Positions 63,630 through 64,000 of a stretch of 64,000 bases of DNA are shown piece by piece (the first letter of the stretch is position 1; the number at the start of each line of letters is the position of its first letter). Position numbers and translations under genes: made by a program. The notes under the pieces were generated by a model that did no database searches, was not told where the DNA came from, and was given only the letters and a program-made list of their open reading frames with translations. The stretch is from Vicugna vicugna (taxonomy: Eukaryota): NCBI GenBank assembly GCA_013265495.1, contig MU061560.1, positions 868,001 through 932,000 of the forward strand, read 5' to 3'.

Positions 63630-63742
63630 TTATTCCAGATATTTGCTGCTTCTCTCCATGAGAGAGCCATCCCATCTATTTGGCTCAAGAGTGGCCGTGT
63701 GACTTGCATTGGTCAATGAAATATGTGGGAATGTTATGTATC
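63630..63742 (+). mobile_element. MaLR/ERVL LTR fragment (MLT1-like)
   Basis: 'gtggccgtgtgacttgcattggtcaatgaaatatgtggga'. Confidence 0.55.
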
Positions 63743-63744
63743 AT

Positions 63745-64000
63745 TTTAAAAGTTTATCTTTTGAAAATAAATTCATTTGTGTCCTTTTTTTCTGACTGAG
63801 TAGTATTCCACTGAGCGCGCGGGCGCGCGCGCGTGTGTGTGTGTGTACACAACTTCTTTTTTTAAATTGAACTATAATCAGTTTATAATGTTGTGTCATT
63901 ATTTCTAATGTACAGCATAATGTTTCAGTCATACATATAGATACATATATTTGTGTTCCTATTATTTTTCATTATACATTACTACAACTGTGTTCCCTGT
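63745..64000 (-). mobile_element. Two abutting L1 3' fragments with a (CG)n(TG)n microsatellite
   Basis: 'aattcatttgtgtcc..ctgagtagtattccactg[gcgc..tgtg]tacac', then a new poly(T)-led 3' tip from about 63856. Confidence 0.8.

Noticed and set aside
63133..63675. 180-aa hydrophobic ORF resembling a membrane protein
   Set aside because: Antisense reading of an L1 3' UTR and A/C-rich tail; the same pseudo-peptide recurs at 60-353, 26602 and 60694.

Overview
This is AT-rich mammalian genomic DNA from a draft assembly (one 109-N gap at 26889-26997). It is most likely camelid, judging from six copies of a tRNA-derived SINE matching the camelid Vic-1 type and from a lineage-specific young L1 3' UTR. 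More than half of the window is interspersed repeats: young and old LINE-1 pieces (including three largely complete but rearranged or deleted L1s and one L1-in-L1 insertion), L2, MIR, MaLR/ERVL/ERV1 solo LTRs, Tigger2-type MITEs and microsatellites. I recognise no intact protein-coding gene. The ORF-track peptides are L1 ORF1/ORF2 debris, antisense L1 frames or chance ORFs. The repeat-poor islands (about 13.3-17.7 kb, 46.2-51.4 kb and 58.2-61.4 kb) hold candidate cis-regulatory clusters and a few isolated exon-like segments, compatible with an intergenic or large-intron region that may carry a lncRNA. I found no convincing novel biological system. The best leads are retroelement-structure oddities and regulatory or micro-exon candidates. 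All repeat family names come from recalled consensus similarity, not a database search, and boundaries are approximate unless TSDs are given.
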